Part shown: positions 9,926 to 17,862 of the stretch, piece by piece
Layout of the letters: every line of letters begins with the position of its first letter
How positions within the stretch are numbered: position 1 is the stretch's first letter
Assembly (NCBI GenBank): GCA_030017815.1
Contig: JASEGX010000002.1
Span: forward strand, 1 to 28,259
Length of the DNA: 28,259 nucleotides
Reading direction: 5' to 3'
Source of the DNA: Thermodesulfobacteriota bacterium
GTDB taxonomy: Bacteria > Desulfobacterota > QYQD01
Notes under the pieces: generated by a model
Told to the model about the DNA's origin: nothing
The model's database searches: none
Seen by the model: the letters and a program-made list of their open reading frames with translations, nothing else
Made by a program: the position numbers and the translations under genes

Positions 9926-11698
9926 ATGGGAAACGACAAAGAATATAATAATGTTCCTGACCAGAAGGAATTAGAAAAGGAGCTGGCGGAGTATCTGTCC
10001 AAAAAATATGGGGATAAGGTGCGTATTCTCTCGCCGGTCGTCCTTCCCAAACCGGGCCCATCTGAATCCGGGGGCAATAAGACCTTAAGGGGTAGGGATA
10101 TTATTCTAAATTTTAATATCAAACCTAAAGAGCTTGAGGCCTATCTGGATGAATATATAATCAAACAGGATGAGGCCAAGGCTATCCTGGCCACCAAGGT
10201 CTGCACTCACTTCAACCGTATTAAGTATGCACTGGAGCATAAGAGAGACACGGAGGTGGGACAGATCAAGAATAACATCATTATGATCGGGCCTACCGGT
10301 GTAGGTAAGACCTACATGATAAAGCTGATTGCTAAGAAGCTCGGCGTGCCTTTTGTTAAGGGCGATGCTACCAAGTTCAGCGAGACCGGTTACGTGGGCG
10401 GTGATGTGGAAGACCTGGTTCGTGACCTTGTGCAGGAGGCGGGCGGGGATATGGAGCTGGCCCAGTATGGTATTATTTATATCGATGAGATAGATAAAAT
10501 TGCCTCCAGCGCCCACCATTTAGGCCCGGATGTCTCACGCACCGGTGTTCAGCGCGCCCTTCTGAAGCCGATGGAAGAAACCGACATAGATCTCCGGGTT
10601 CCCCACGATCCTATCGCCCAGCTTGAGGCCATAGAGCGTTATCGGAAGACCGGCAAACGGGAAAAAAGGACGGTTAACACCAGGAATATCCTTTTCATAG
10701 TGAGCGGCGCCTTTAACGATCTGGCGGATGTTATTAAGAAGCGCCTGACTGATCAGGGAATCGGTTTCGGCGCGCCTATTACATCCAAGGGTGACAGTGT
10801 CGATTATTTACGCCATGTTAAGGCGGAAGACCTTATTGAATACGGGTTCGAGTCAGAGTTTGTGGGCCGATTGCCTGTAGTAGCGGTTTTTGAGGGCTTA
10901 TCCGTGGAGGACCTGTACAATATCCTCAAAAATCCGGGCTGCCCGGTGATAAAAGGCAAAAAGCACGATTTTAAGGCCTACGGTATAGACATAACATTTG
11001 AAGATAAGGCATTACATATCCTGGCTGAGAAAGCTTATACAGAGAAGACGGGGGCGCGTGGATTATCCAGGGTCGTAGAGCGGGTCCTTTTAGGATTTGA
11101 AAAAACCCTGCCTTCAACCTCGATTCGTTCCTTAGTTGTCACTCCGGAGATAGTAGAGAACCCGGTTGCGGAGTTGGATCGTTTCCTTGCCAGTCCGGAT
11201 GACCCGGCCTATATCGAACGTTACCGTCGGGCCCGGGAGAGGGAATTAGATATTATAAAATCAACCATAGTGAAACGTCAAAAAGAAATATTTGAAAACC
11301 GCGGACTGTCTGTCAGTCCCTTCAGGCTGCGGTATATGGCCGAGCTATGTTTGACTCAGGATATTGATATACAGGCTTCTGTGGAAGAGCTTCTATTTAT
11401 AACTGAGGAAATAAAAGATTATGAAGCCACTTTTCTGGATAAATATGGCATAAAGATCATTTTTGAAGATGAGGCTATCGACCAGATAATTGGACAGGCC
11501 TGGCAGGAAGGCAGCACGGCTTATGTTGTTTGTAACAACTTAACCGAATCATATAGGTATGCCTTGAGAATAATTCAGGATAGGACCGGGCGAAACGTTT
11601 TTCATCTTCCCACCGAGGCGGTGTCCACCCCGGAAGGATTTATCAGCCATCTGATCAAGGAGTCCCTTGATAATTCTTTTGGTAATTCCTCAAAATAG
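9926..11698 (+). CDS. clpX: ClpX-like AAA+ ATPase lacking the N-terminal zinc-binding domain, with a C-terminal extension
   Basis: GPTGVGKT, DATKFSETGYVGGDVE, YIDEIDKI, DVSRTGVQRALLK, IGF loop, GARGL. ATG 9926 preferred because ATG 9860 lies inside the repeat element. Confidence 0.75.
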   Translation: MGNDKEYNNVPDQKELEKELAEYLSKKYGDKVRILSPVVLPKPGPSESGGNKTLRGRDIILNFNIKPKELEAYLDEYIIKQDEAKAILATKVCTHFNRIKYALEHKRDTEVGQIKNNIIMIGPTGVGKTYMIKLIAKKLGVPFVKGDATKFSETGYVGGDVEDLVRDLVQEAGGDMELAQYGIIYIDEIDKIASSAHHLGPDVSRTGVQRALLKPMEETDIDLRVPHDPIAQLEAIERYRKTGKREKRTVNTRNILFIVSGAFNDLADVIKKRLTDQGIGFGAPITSKGDSVDYLRHVKAEDLIEYGFESEFVGRLPVVAVFEGLSVEDLYNILKNPGCPVIKGKKHDFKAYGIDITFEDKALHILAEKAYTEKTGARGLSRVVERVLLGFEKTLPSTSIRSLVVTPEIVENPVAELDRFLASPDDPAYIERYRRARERELDIIKSTIVKRQKEIFENRGLSVSPFRLRYMAELCLTQDIDIQASVEELLFITEEIKDYEATFLDKYGIKIIFEDEAIDQIIGQAWQEGSTAYVVCNNLTESYRYALRIIQDRTGRNVFHLPTEAVSTPEGFISHLIKESLDNSFGNSSK

Positions 11699-11707
11699 GG
11701 CAAAAAA

Positions 11708-11777
11708 TACAGGAGACAGAAGCCAGAATACAGGAGTCAGAATACTGATAGCCGAAGGCTGAAAGCTGAAAGCTCAA
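11708..11777 (+). repeat. Ten degenerate tandem heptamers drifting from NNCAG(A/G)A to AGCTGAA
   Basis: TACAGGA GACAGAA GCCAGAA TACAGGA GTCAGAA TACTGAT AGCCGAA GGCTGAA AGCTGAA AGCTCAA. Confidence 0.75.
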
Positions 11778-11783
11778 AGCCCC

Positions 11784-11806
11784 GTAGAGCAGGCGTCTCG
11801 CCTGTC
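11784..11806 (+). repeat. Single GTAG-type REP
   Basis: GTAGAGCAGGCGTCTCGCCTGTC: GTAG tag followed by hairpin CAGGCG-TCT-CGCCTG. Confidence 0.65.
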
Positions 11807-11821
11807 AAAAAGCTGATAGCT

Positions 11822-11972
11822 GAGCCTCTTGCAAAACTGTTTGTCATCCCCGAATGTTTCTATCCCCGATACAGGCATTCGGGGACGGATATGGTTTTTC
11901 AAGCAGTTAGAACCAGATTCCCGCTCAGAATCGCTGCGGGAATGACAGAATTGGGACTTTTGCAAAAGCCTC
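11822..11972. mobile_element. 151-bp MITE-like element, GCCTCTTGCAAAA family, copy 2 (inverted relative to copy 1)
   Basis: Ends GAGCCTCTTGCAAAA / TTTTGCAAAAGCCTC (13/15). The reverse complement aligns along copy 1 and has an extra internal TCCCCGA..TCGGGGA hairpin. Confidence 0.8.
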
Positions 11973-12041
11973 AGCTGAAAGCTAATTTTCTCCGTGGACT
12001 CTGTGGCTAATTTTTTAAAACGAAGGAGCATTTAGAAAAAC

Positions 12042-13235
12042 ATGATCGGTATATCTAAACTTTATTGCGGTACGGTGGAGCCGTCTGACGCCTTGCGTTA
12101 TGGCAGACACTCCGGGAAGTTGCCCTCGCACCTTCTCCAGTTTTCGGCAGACAAAAAGCCGGTGGTGGTCTGGAATGCCACCCGGCGTTGTAACCTAAAG
12201 TGTGTGCATTGTTATGCCCAGGCGGACAGTGTGGGCGCACCGGATGAACTCTCCACGGCCGAAGGGAAAAAACTGATCGATGATCTAAGCCAGTTCGGCA
12301 GTCCGGTCCTTCTTTTCTCCGGCGGCGAGCCTTTTATGCGTCCGGATCTGCCTGAGCTTGCGGCTTACGCCGTGGAAAAAGGCATGCGGGCCGTAGTTTC
12401 TACAAACGGCACGCTTATCGGCAAAGACATGGCCAAGGTATTGAAGAAGATCGGCCTCTCTTATGTGGGTATAAGTCTTGATGGTATGGAAGAGGTCAAT
12501 GACCATTTTCGTGGGGTTAAGGGGGCCTTTGCCGGGGCCATGAGGGGTATTAGAAATTGTCGGGAAGCTGGTATTAAGGTAGGGTTAAGGTTTACCATAA
12601 ATAAACTTAATGCCGCCGAGATACCGGCCATTTTTGACCTGTTAGAACGGGAAGAAGTCCCGCGGATCTGTTTTTATCATCTGGTTTATGCGGGCCGGGG
12701 CAGTAAGCTGGTCGAAGAAGATCTTGCTCACGAAGAAACCCGGCGGGTAGTGGATATTATCATCGATCGTACTGCCGACTTGCACCGTCGAGGTAAGCCC
12801 AAAGAGGTGCTGACGGTGGACAATCATGCCGACGGGCCTTATGTCTATCTGCGTATGGTAAAGGAGAATTCACCCCGGGCTGCCGAGGTCCTGGAATTAC
12901 TTGAAATGAACGAGGGGAATAACTCCGGCCGGGGTATCGGCTGTGTAAGCTGGGACGGGAGCGTCCATGCGGATCAATTCTGGAGGCATTACTCATTTGG
13001 CAATGTCCGCCAACGTCCGTTTAGCGAGATCTGGACGGACTTATCCAATCCGCTTATGGCGGCCCTTAAGAATAAGAAGGCCCATGTCAATGGCCGCTGT
13101 GCCCGGTGTAAGTGGCTGGATATCTGCGCCGGTAATTTCCGGGTAAGGGCTGAGGCCGTCACCGGGGATATCTGGGCGCCGGACCCGGCTTGTTATCTGA
13201 CGGATAAAGAAATCGGGATTGCCGAGGAGGCTTAG
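12042..13235 (+). CDS. ahbC: Radical SAM 12,18-didecarboxysiroheme deacetylase (Fe-coproporphyrin III synthase)
   Basis: [23 protein letters not shown]-terminus, [13 protein letters not shown] cysteines, position upstream of hemB. Confidence 0.92.
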   Translation: MIGISKLYCGTVEPSDALRYGRHSGKLPSHLLQFSADKKPVVVWNATRRCNLKCVHCYAQADSVGAPDELSTAEGKKLIDDLSQFGSPVLLFSGGEPFMRPDLPELAAYAVEKGMRAVVSTNGTLIGKDMAKVLKKIGLSYVGISLDGMEEVNDHFRGVKGAFAGAMRGIRNCREAGIKVGLRFTINKLNAAEIPAIFDLLEREEVPRICFYHLVYAGRGSKLVEEDLAHEETRRVVDIIIDRTADLHRRGKPKEVLTVDNHADGPYVYLRMVKENSPRAAEVLELLEMNEGNNSGRGIGCVSWDGSVHADQFWRHYSFGNVRQRPFSEIWTDLSNPLMAALKNKKAHVNGRCARCKWLDICAGNFRVRAEAVTGDIWAPDPACYLTDKEIGIAEEA

Positions 13236-13237
13236 AG

Positions 13238-14212
13238 ATGCTGTTTCCGGATTATCGTCCGCGCCGCATGCGGCAGAATGAAAATTTCCGCGCCCTGATT
13301 CGGGAGACACAGCTTGCGCCTGATCAGCTTGTTTATCCCCTTTTTGTCGTGCTGGGGAAAAAGGTCAGGAAAGAGATCCCTTCTATGCCCGGGTGTTTTC
13401 AACTTTCTCTGGATCAGTTGAAGGCTGAGATAAAAGAGATAAAGGACACCGGGCTCAGATCTGTTCTCCTTTTTGGCATCCCGGAAAAGAAGGACGAGAT
13501 AGCCTCTCGGGCCTATGCCAAAGATGGCATTGTGCAAAGGGCGATAGCCGAGATAAAGTCATCTGATAAAGACCTTCTGGTTATTACGGATGTCTGTCTC
13601 TGTGAATACATGAGTCACGGCCACTGTGGATTTGTCTCCGGGGGCAAGATCGAAAATGATGCGACACTGGAGATACTGGGCAGGGTAGCCCTTTCCCATG
13701 CCCGGGCCGGGGCGGACATGGTTGCCCCTTCGGATATGATGGACGGCCGGGTGGCTGAGATCCGTGAGACCCTGGACGAAGATGGTTTTGAACACACACC
13801 CATCATGTCTTACGCGGTCAAGTACGCCTCCGGTTTTTACGGGCCTTTCCGCGAGGCGGCGGAGTGTGCCCCCCAGTTCGGCGACCGGCGTTCGTATCAG
13901 ATGGACCCCGCCAACAGCCGTGAGGCCCTGCGCGAGGCCACCCTGGACATGGAGGAAGGGGCTGACATCCTCATGGTTAAACCGGCCCTGCCTTATCTGG
14001 ATATCATCTCTCGCTTGCGGGAGGAATTTGACCATCCCATTGCCGCTTATCAGGTCAGCGGCGAGTATGCCATGGTAAAGGCGGCGGCCAAGATGGGCTG
14101 GCTGGATGAAGAGCGGGTCATGATGGAATGCCTTCTGAGTATCCGGAGGGCCGGAGCAGATATTATCATCACTTATTATGCCAAGGAGGCAGCGAGGTTA
14201 TTGCGCAGATGA
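13238..14212 (+). CDS. hemB: Porphobilinogen synthase (Zn type)
   Basis: [19 protein letters not shown] Zn motif, [26 protein letters not shown]. Confidence 0.97.
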   Translation: MLFPDYRPRRMRQNENFRALIRETQLAPDQLVYPLFVVLGKKVRKEIPSMPGCFQLSLDQLKAEIKEIKDTGLRSVLLFGIPEKKDEIASRAYAKDGIVQRAIAEIKSSDKDLLVITDVCLCEYMSHGHCGFVSGGKIENDATLEILGRVALSHARAGADMVAPSDMMDGRVAEIRETLDEDGFEHTPIMSYAVKYASGFYGPFREAAECAPQFGDRRSYQMDPANSREALREATLDMEEGADILMVKPALPYLDIISRLREEFDHPIAAYQVSGEYAMVKAAAKMGWLDEERVMMECLLSIRRAGADIIITYYAKEAARLLRR

Positions 14213-15351
14213 AACCGAATCATCCTCATGGCCATCCTTCACATCCTTCCCATGCCCATAGTGGTCCTCCACAGGGGCAGGACGGACCGACGCTTCGCCT
14301 GGTAGCCTGGGAATTGACAAGGAACTGTAACCTTTCCTGTGTTCACTGTCGGGCATCCGCAACCCGTGGACCTTATGAAAACGAACTATCCACGGAAGAG
14401 TGCAAGAAGATTATCGACGACATCGCTGCCCATGCCCAGCCGGTCATGATCATGACCGGTGGTGAGCCTCTCCTGCGCGAGGATATCTTTGAACTGGCGC
14501 GCTATGGTACAGACAAAGGCCTGCGGATGGTGATGGCCACCAACGGCACCCTCATCACCCCGGAAGTGGCCCGGAAAATGGTAGAGGCCGGAGTAAAGAG
14601 GATTAGTATAAGCATTGACGGGGCCACAGCAGAAAGCCATGACAAATTCCGTCAGGTAGAAGGGGCCTTTAAGGGCGCGCTTCAAGGCATAGAAGAGGCG
14701 AAGCAGGCCGGTTTAGAGTTTCAGATTAATACCACGATTACTGAGACGAACCTCCATGAACTCCCGGCTATACAGGAGCTCACCGTATCACTCGGGGCGG
14801 TGGCTCACCACATCTTCCTCCTGGTCCCTACCGGACGCGGCAAAGATTTGGCCGCTCAGGCCCTTTCTGCCGGGGAATACGAACAAACCCTGAACTGGTT
14901 TTATGACCAAAGGGATAAAGTCCCCCTACACCTCAAGGCCACCTGTGCCCCTCACTATTATCGGATATTAAGACAGCGGGCCAAGGCTGAGGGGAAAGAG
15001 ATAACCTTCCAGTCCCACGGGCTGGATGCCGTGACCCGGGGATGCCTGGGCGGTGTCGGCTTCTGTTTTGTCTCACATCGGGGAGATGTCCAGCCTTGCG
15101 GTTATTTAGAGATAAACTGCGGCTCGGTGCGCGAGATGCCCCTTTCCCGTATCTGGCGTGAATCTCCTGTCTTTCTTAACTTGCGTAATCCCAAGATGTA
15201 CAAAGGCAAGTGCGGTATGTGTGAATATCATCGTTTCTGTGGCGGGTGCCGGGCGCGGGCCCATGAGATGTCCGGTGATTATCTGGCCGAGGAACCTCTC
15301 TGTACATATCAACCTTTAAAAATGCGGGCGCCGGCGAAGGAAAGTCATTAG
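14209..15351 (+). CDS. ahbD: Radical SAM AdoMet-dependent heme b synthase
   Basis: [48 protein letters not shown]; ATG 14209 overlaps the hemB stop (ATGA). Confidence 0.92.
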   Translation: MKPNHPHGHPSHPSHAHSGPPQGQDGPTLRLVAWELTRNCNLSCVHCRASATRGPYENELSTEECKKIIDDIAAHAQPVMIMTGGEPLLREDIFELARYGTDKGLRMVMATNGTLITPEVARKMVEAGVKRISISIDGATAESHDKFRQVEGAFKGALQGIEEAKQAGLEFQINTTITETNLHELPAIQELTVSLGAVAHHIFLLVPTGRGKDLAAQALSAGEYEQTLNWFYDQRDKVPLHLKATCAPHYYRILRQRAKAEGKEITFQSHGLDAVTRGCLGGVGFCFVSHRGDVQPCGYLEINCGSVREMPLSRIWRESPVFLNLRNPKMYKGKCGMCEYHRFCGGCRARAHEMSGDYLAEEPLCTYQPLKMRAPAKESH

Positions 15352-15378
15352 CTTTCAGCTATCAGTCATCAGTCACTA
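15351..15378 (-). repeat. Four degenerate heptamers of the AGCTGA(A/T) family, reverse orientation
   Basis: GCTTTCA GCTATCA GTCATCA GTCACTA immediately after the ahbD stop. Confidence 0.55.
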
Positions 15379-15429
15379 ACCGTCGGGTGTCAATCGCTCA
15401 AGTCCGTTTTGAATTTTGGACTTTGACCG

Positions 15430-15888
15430 TTGGGATTTAACAAAATGGATGCTACAGACCGGGCCATTTTAAACGAGATACAATCCCATTTTCCGATTGA
15501 ATCTCGCCCCTATGCGACTATAGGAGAGCGGCTCCAACTCACGGAGACAGAAGTTTTAGACCGGATTAGGCGTTTGCAGGATAGGGGTATAATACGCCGT
15601 CTGGGGGCGAATTTTGATTCCCGCCGCCTGGGTTATATGACTACTCTCTGCGGGGCCAAGGTCCCACCGGAAAAATTAGAGGAATTTGTGGAGGTCGTAA
15701 ACTCTTATCAGGGAGTGACCCATAACTACTTACGCAGACACGCCTTCAATGTCTGGTTTACCTTTATCGCCGGGTCGGAAGAGGCCATCGAGAGGCAACT
15801 GCAGGAGATAACTGAAAAGACCGGCGTTAAGGTCTACAACTTTCCCGCCATACGTTTATTCAAGATCAGGGCTGAGTTTAAGGTCTGA
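15430..15888 (+). CDS. ahbA: Siroheme decarboxylase alpha subunit (Lrp/AsnC-like)
   Basis: DRAILNEIQSHFP, IIRRLGANFDSRRLG, GVTHNYLR, NVWFTFIA; context next to ahbC/ahbD. The start may be the ATG five codons downstream. Confidence 0.88.
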   Translation: MGFNKMDATDRAILNEIQSHFPIESRPYATIGERLQLTETEVLDRIRRLQDRGIIRRLGANFDSRRLGYMTTLCGAKVPPEKLEEFVEVVNSYQGVTHNYLRRHAFNVWFTFIAGSEEAIERQLQEITEKTGVKVYNFPAIRLFKIRAEFKV

Positions 15889-15949
15889 AAGAAGAGTTAG
15901 GGGTGCGCTTTTCCCCATTGGTTTTGCCACATCCGCTGTAATGACTTGG

Positions 15950-16189
15950 TCAGGCGCTTTTTTGATAATGAGAAGCATACCAATCTATAACCTGTCGAAT
16001 CATTTTTTGATATGAAGTATGATGCTCTTTTGCCCTTTTTTTAAAAAAGTCAACACTCGATTTATTCAAAGAGATCGTTATCTTAATGTTCTCTTCTTTC
16101 AGGACCAACTTGTCCGGCGGTGGAAGAAAATCTTTAATGACCTTCAGCTCACCCATCGGCTCTTCAGTGTACTTTATTTTGCTCTTCAT
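15950..16189 (-). CDS. Putative antitoxin (CopG/BrnA-like ribbon-helix-helix)
   Basis: KITISLNKSSVDFFK..SYQKMIRQVID RHH pattern; overlaps the brnT 3' end; ATG 16189 with GGAGAAAG upstream. Confidence 0.8.
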   Translation of the reverse strand: MKSKIKYTEEPMGELKVIKDFLPPPDKLVLKEENIKITISLNKSSVDFFKKRAKEHHTSYQKMIRQVIDWYASHYQKSA

Positions 16190-16457
16190 ATATCTTTCTC
16201 CCTTTTCTCCAATATCCCGCACCATAAATGCGGATAACATTTTCCCTATACGTAAACCTTACGGTCATTATGCCTTCACCGACACAGCCGATACAGTAAA
16301 ATCGTTTTTCTTTTGCGCTATGGTTAACATCTTCCACTATGATACGGTGAGGATCAAGAAAAGCACGTTGCGCTGACGAGAAAGAGACATTATGCTTTGC
16401 CTGGTTCTCCTTATCTTTCTCTTCATCCCATTCAAAATGGGCCTTCTTCATGGACAT
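16164..16457 (-). CDS. brnT: BrnT-family toxin (DUF497)
   Basis: FEWDEEK..N..KH.VSF..A..AF.DP, H..EKRF..IG, VRFT.R..VIRI. Confidence 0.88.
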   Translation of the reverse strand: MSMKKAHFEWDEEKDKENQAKHNVSFSSAQRAFLDPHRIIVEDVNHSAKEKRFYCIGCVGEGIMTVRFTYRENVIRIYGAGYWRKGRKIYEEQNKVH

Positions 16458-16553
16458 AACATACTATAGAATGGGCCGCAAAAGCAATATAAAAGTATGG
16501 CTATTAATATGTAGAAAAGGTCTACCAGCGGCATGTTGGGCGAATTCAAATAC

Positions 16554-16784
16554 CTAACTTGCTACCTGCAGCGCCTCTTGCGCCTCGCGGGGTAATTGGA
16601 CAAAAATGAAATAGGACTGGGGATAAAGATAATCTTCGCCGGACTCATCGACGATTCTGAGATATCCTTCCTTTTCGGCCTCGTCATCTTGAAGGACTTG
16701 GTAAATCTTACGCTTCTCCAAATCCTCACAGTCCTTATTCTCTATGCAAAGCGCAAATTTTTTATGGTCTTTTTCCTTTGCCAT
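16554..16784 (-). CDS. Conserved small protein (DESGEDYLYP family), possible antitoxin/immunity partner
   Basis: 76 aa acidic ORF, LE.RKIY..L.D..A....LRIVDESGEDYLYP pattern, AAGGT RBS; function inferred from context only. Confidence 0.75.
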   Translation of the reverse strand: MAKEKDHKKFALCIENKDCEDLEKRKIYQVLQDDEAEKEGYLRIVDESGEDYLYPQSYFIFVQLPREAQEALQVAS

Positions 16785-16788
16785 ACCT

Positions 16789-16896
16789 TTAATCCAAAAA
16801 TCTCTTAATTTTTATTTTCTTTCTGCCTATGCCGTGGGCTTCATACCAGTGTAGCTCAGCTCTGCGTATCCTTCCACTCTCGAGACGAACTGTACG
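16789..16896 (-). pseudogene. C-terminal remnant of a small basic protein (AELHWYEAHGIG family), absent from the ORF track
   Basis: Manual translation RTVRLESGRIRRAELHWYEAHGIGRKKIKIKRFLD*; no start codon, preceded by in-frame TGA TAG; stop lies 4 nt before the next ATG. Confidence 0.7.
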
Positions 16897-16929
16897 CTAT
16901 CAAAATTAATGTATATTTTCAATGAAATA

Positions 16930-16959
16930 TTGACGATTTCTATGTATCGTGGTCATTAT
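16930..16959 (+). promoter_or_regulatory. Possible sigma70 promoter for the HD gene
   Basis: TTGACG, 18 nt spacer, CATTAT; an opposing minus-strand TATAAT at 16960-16955. Confidence 0.3.
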
Positions 16960-17016
16960 AGAAAGTGTTTTGTTGCAGTGTGAGGATACAGTGATGAGTT
17001 CAGGAGAGGAGATAGC

Positions 17017-17571
17017 ATGAAGAGGATTGCCAAATTGCTCTTTGAGGCCGGGATGCTGAAAAAGACGCCGCGTACCGGCTTCCGTTTTCTGGGTTCCGGT
17101 CAGGAATCAGTGGCAGATCATTCCTACCGGGTCATTTTCATCGGATATGTGCTGGCCGGGCTTTCACCGGGTGTCGATCGATCTAAGGTAATGGAGTTAT
17201 GTCTCTTCCACGATCTGGTTGAGGCCCGGACCGGGGACCTGAATTATGTTTACAAGGACTATGCTACGGTGGACTCAGCCAAGGCGGTCGCTGCCCTGAC
17301 CAAGGACCTCGATTTTGGGGAGGACATCGCCGGATTAATAACAGAGTTCAAATCCGGCCATACCGAAGAGGCGAGATTAGCCCGGGACGCCGATCAGTTA
17401 GACCTCATCCTTGAGCTCAAAGAACAGCATGACCTTGGGAATAAGTTTGCCCGGGAGTGGCTGGCACACGTAGTCAAACGGATCACCACACCGGCCGGCC
17501 AGGAGCTTGCCGGGGAGATATTAGAGACCGATTTCTGCTCCTGGTGGTTTGATAAGTATCGGGAGAGGTAA
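17017..17571 (+). CDS. HD-domain hydrolase (YfbR/HDDC2-like 5'-deoxynucleotidase)
   Basis: LKKTPRTGF, ESVADHSYR, LFHDLVEARTGD, ARDADQLD; GGAG RBS. Confidence 0.85.
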   Translation: MKRIAKLLFEAGMLKKTPRTGFRFLGSGQESVADHSYRVIFIGYVLAGLSPGVDRSKVMELCLFHDLVEARTGDLNYVYKDYATVDSAKAVAALTKDLDFGEDIAGLITEFKSGHTEEARLARDADQLDLILELKEQHDLGNKFAREWLAHVVKRITTPAGQELAGEILETDFCSWWFDKYRER

Positions 17572-17573
17572 AG

Positions 17574-17600
17574 AAAGTTCAAAGTTCAAAGTTTAAAGTT
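17574..17600 (+). repeat. Short heptamer array GTTCAAA
   Basis: GAAA GTTCAAA GTTCAAA GTTTAAA GTT. Confidence 0.6.
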
Positions 17601-17830
17601 TGATGAATTTGTCACACCGGTGAAGCTCGGAGCTATGTAGGGTAGGCTCAGCTCACAAAAACTACGCTACGTCAGCAATGATGGTGGGCAAAGCCCACCC
17701 TACGTTTGTCATTCCGTGCCTGACACGGAATCCAGAGCCCAAGCCGCGAAAGAAAAACCTGGATTCCCGTTCCCCGATCGTGGTCGAGGACAAGTTTCAC
17801 GGGAATGACGACTTGTTACGAGTTCATCAA
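17600..17830. mobile_element. 231-bp composite MITE-like element with TTGATGAA ends
   Basis: Inverted ends TTGATGAATTTGT / ACGAGTTCATCAA (11/13); contains a GTAG REP pair and two GTCATTCC/GGAATGAC hairpins. Confidence 0.7.
17637..17703. repeat. Inverted GTAG-REP doublet nested in the element
   Basis: GTAGGGTAGGCTCAGCTCAC ... GGTGGGCAAAGCCCACCCTAC. Confidence 0.75.
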
Positions 17831-17862
17831 TTATAGTAGATGGAAATCAGGAGGTAGGATCC

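Noticed and set aside
5420-9930. Sigma54 (-24/-12) promoters around ntrYX
   Set aside because: No GG-N10-GC with TGGCAC/TTGC context found by eye in the intergenic gaps
11708-11990. CRISPR array or autonomous IS
   Set aside because: No regularly spaced 25-40 bp repeats with unique spacers, no cas genes and no transposase ORF anywhere in the window
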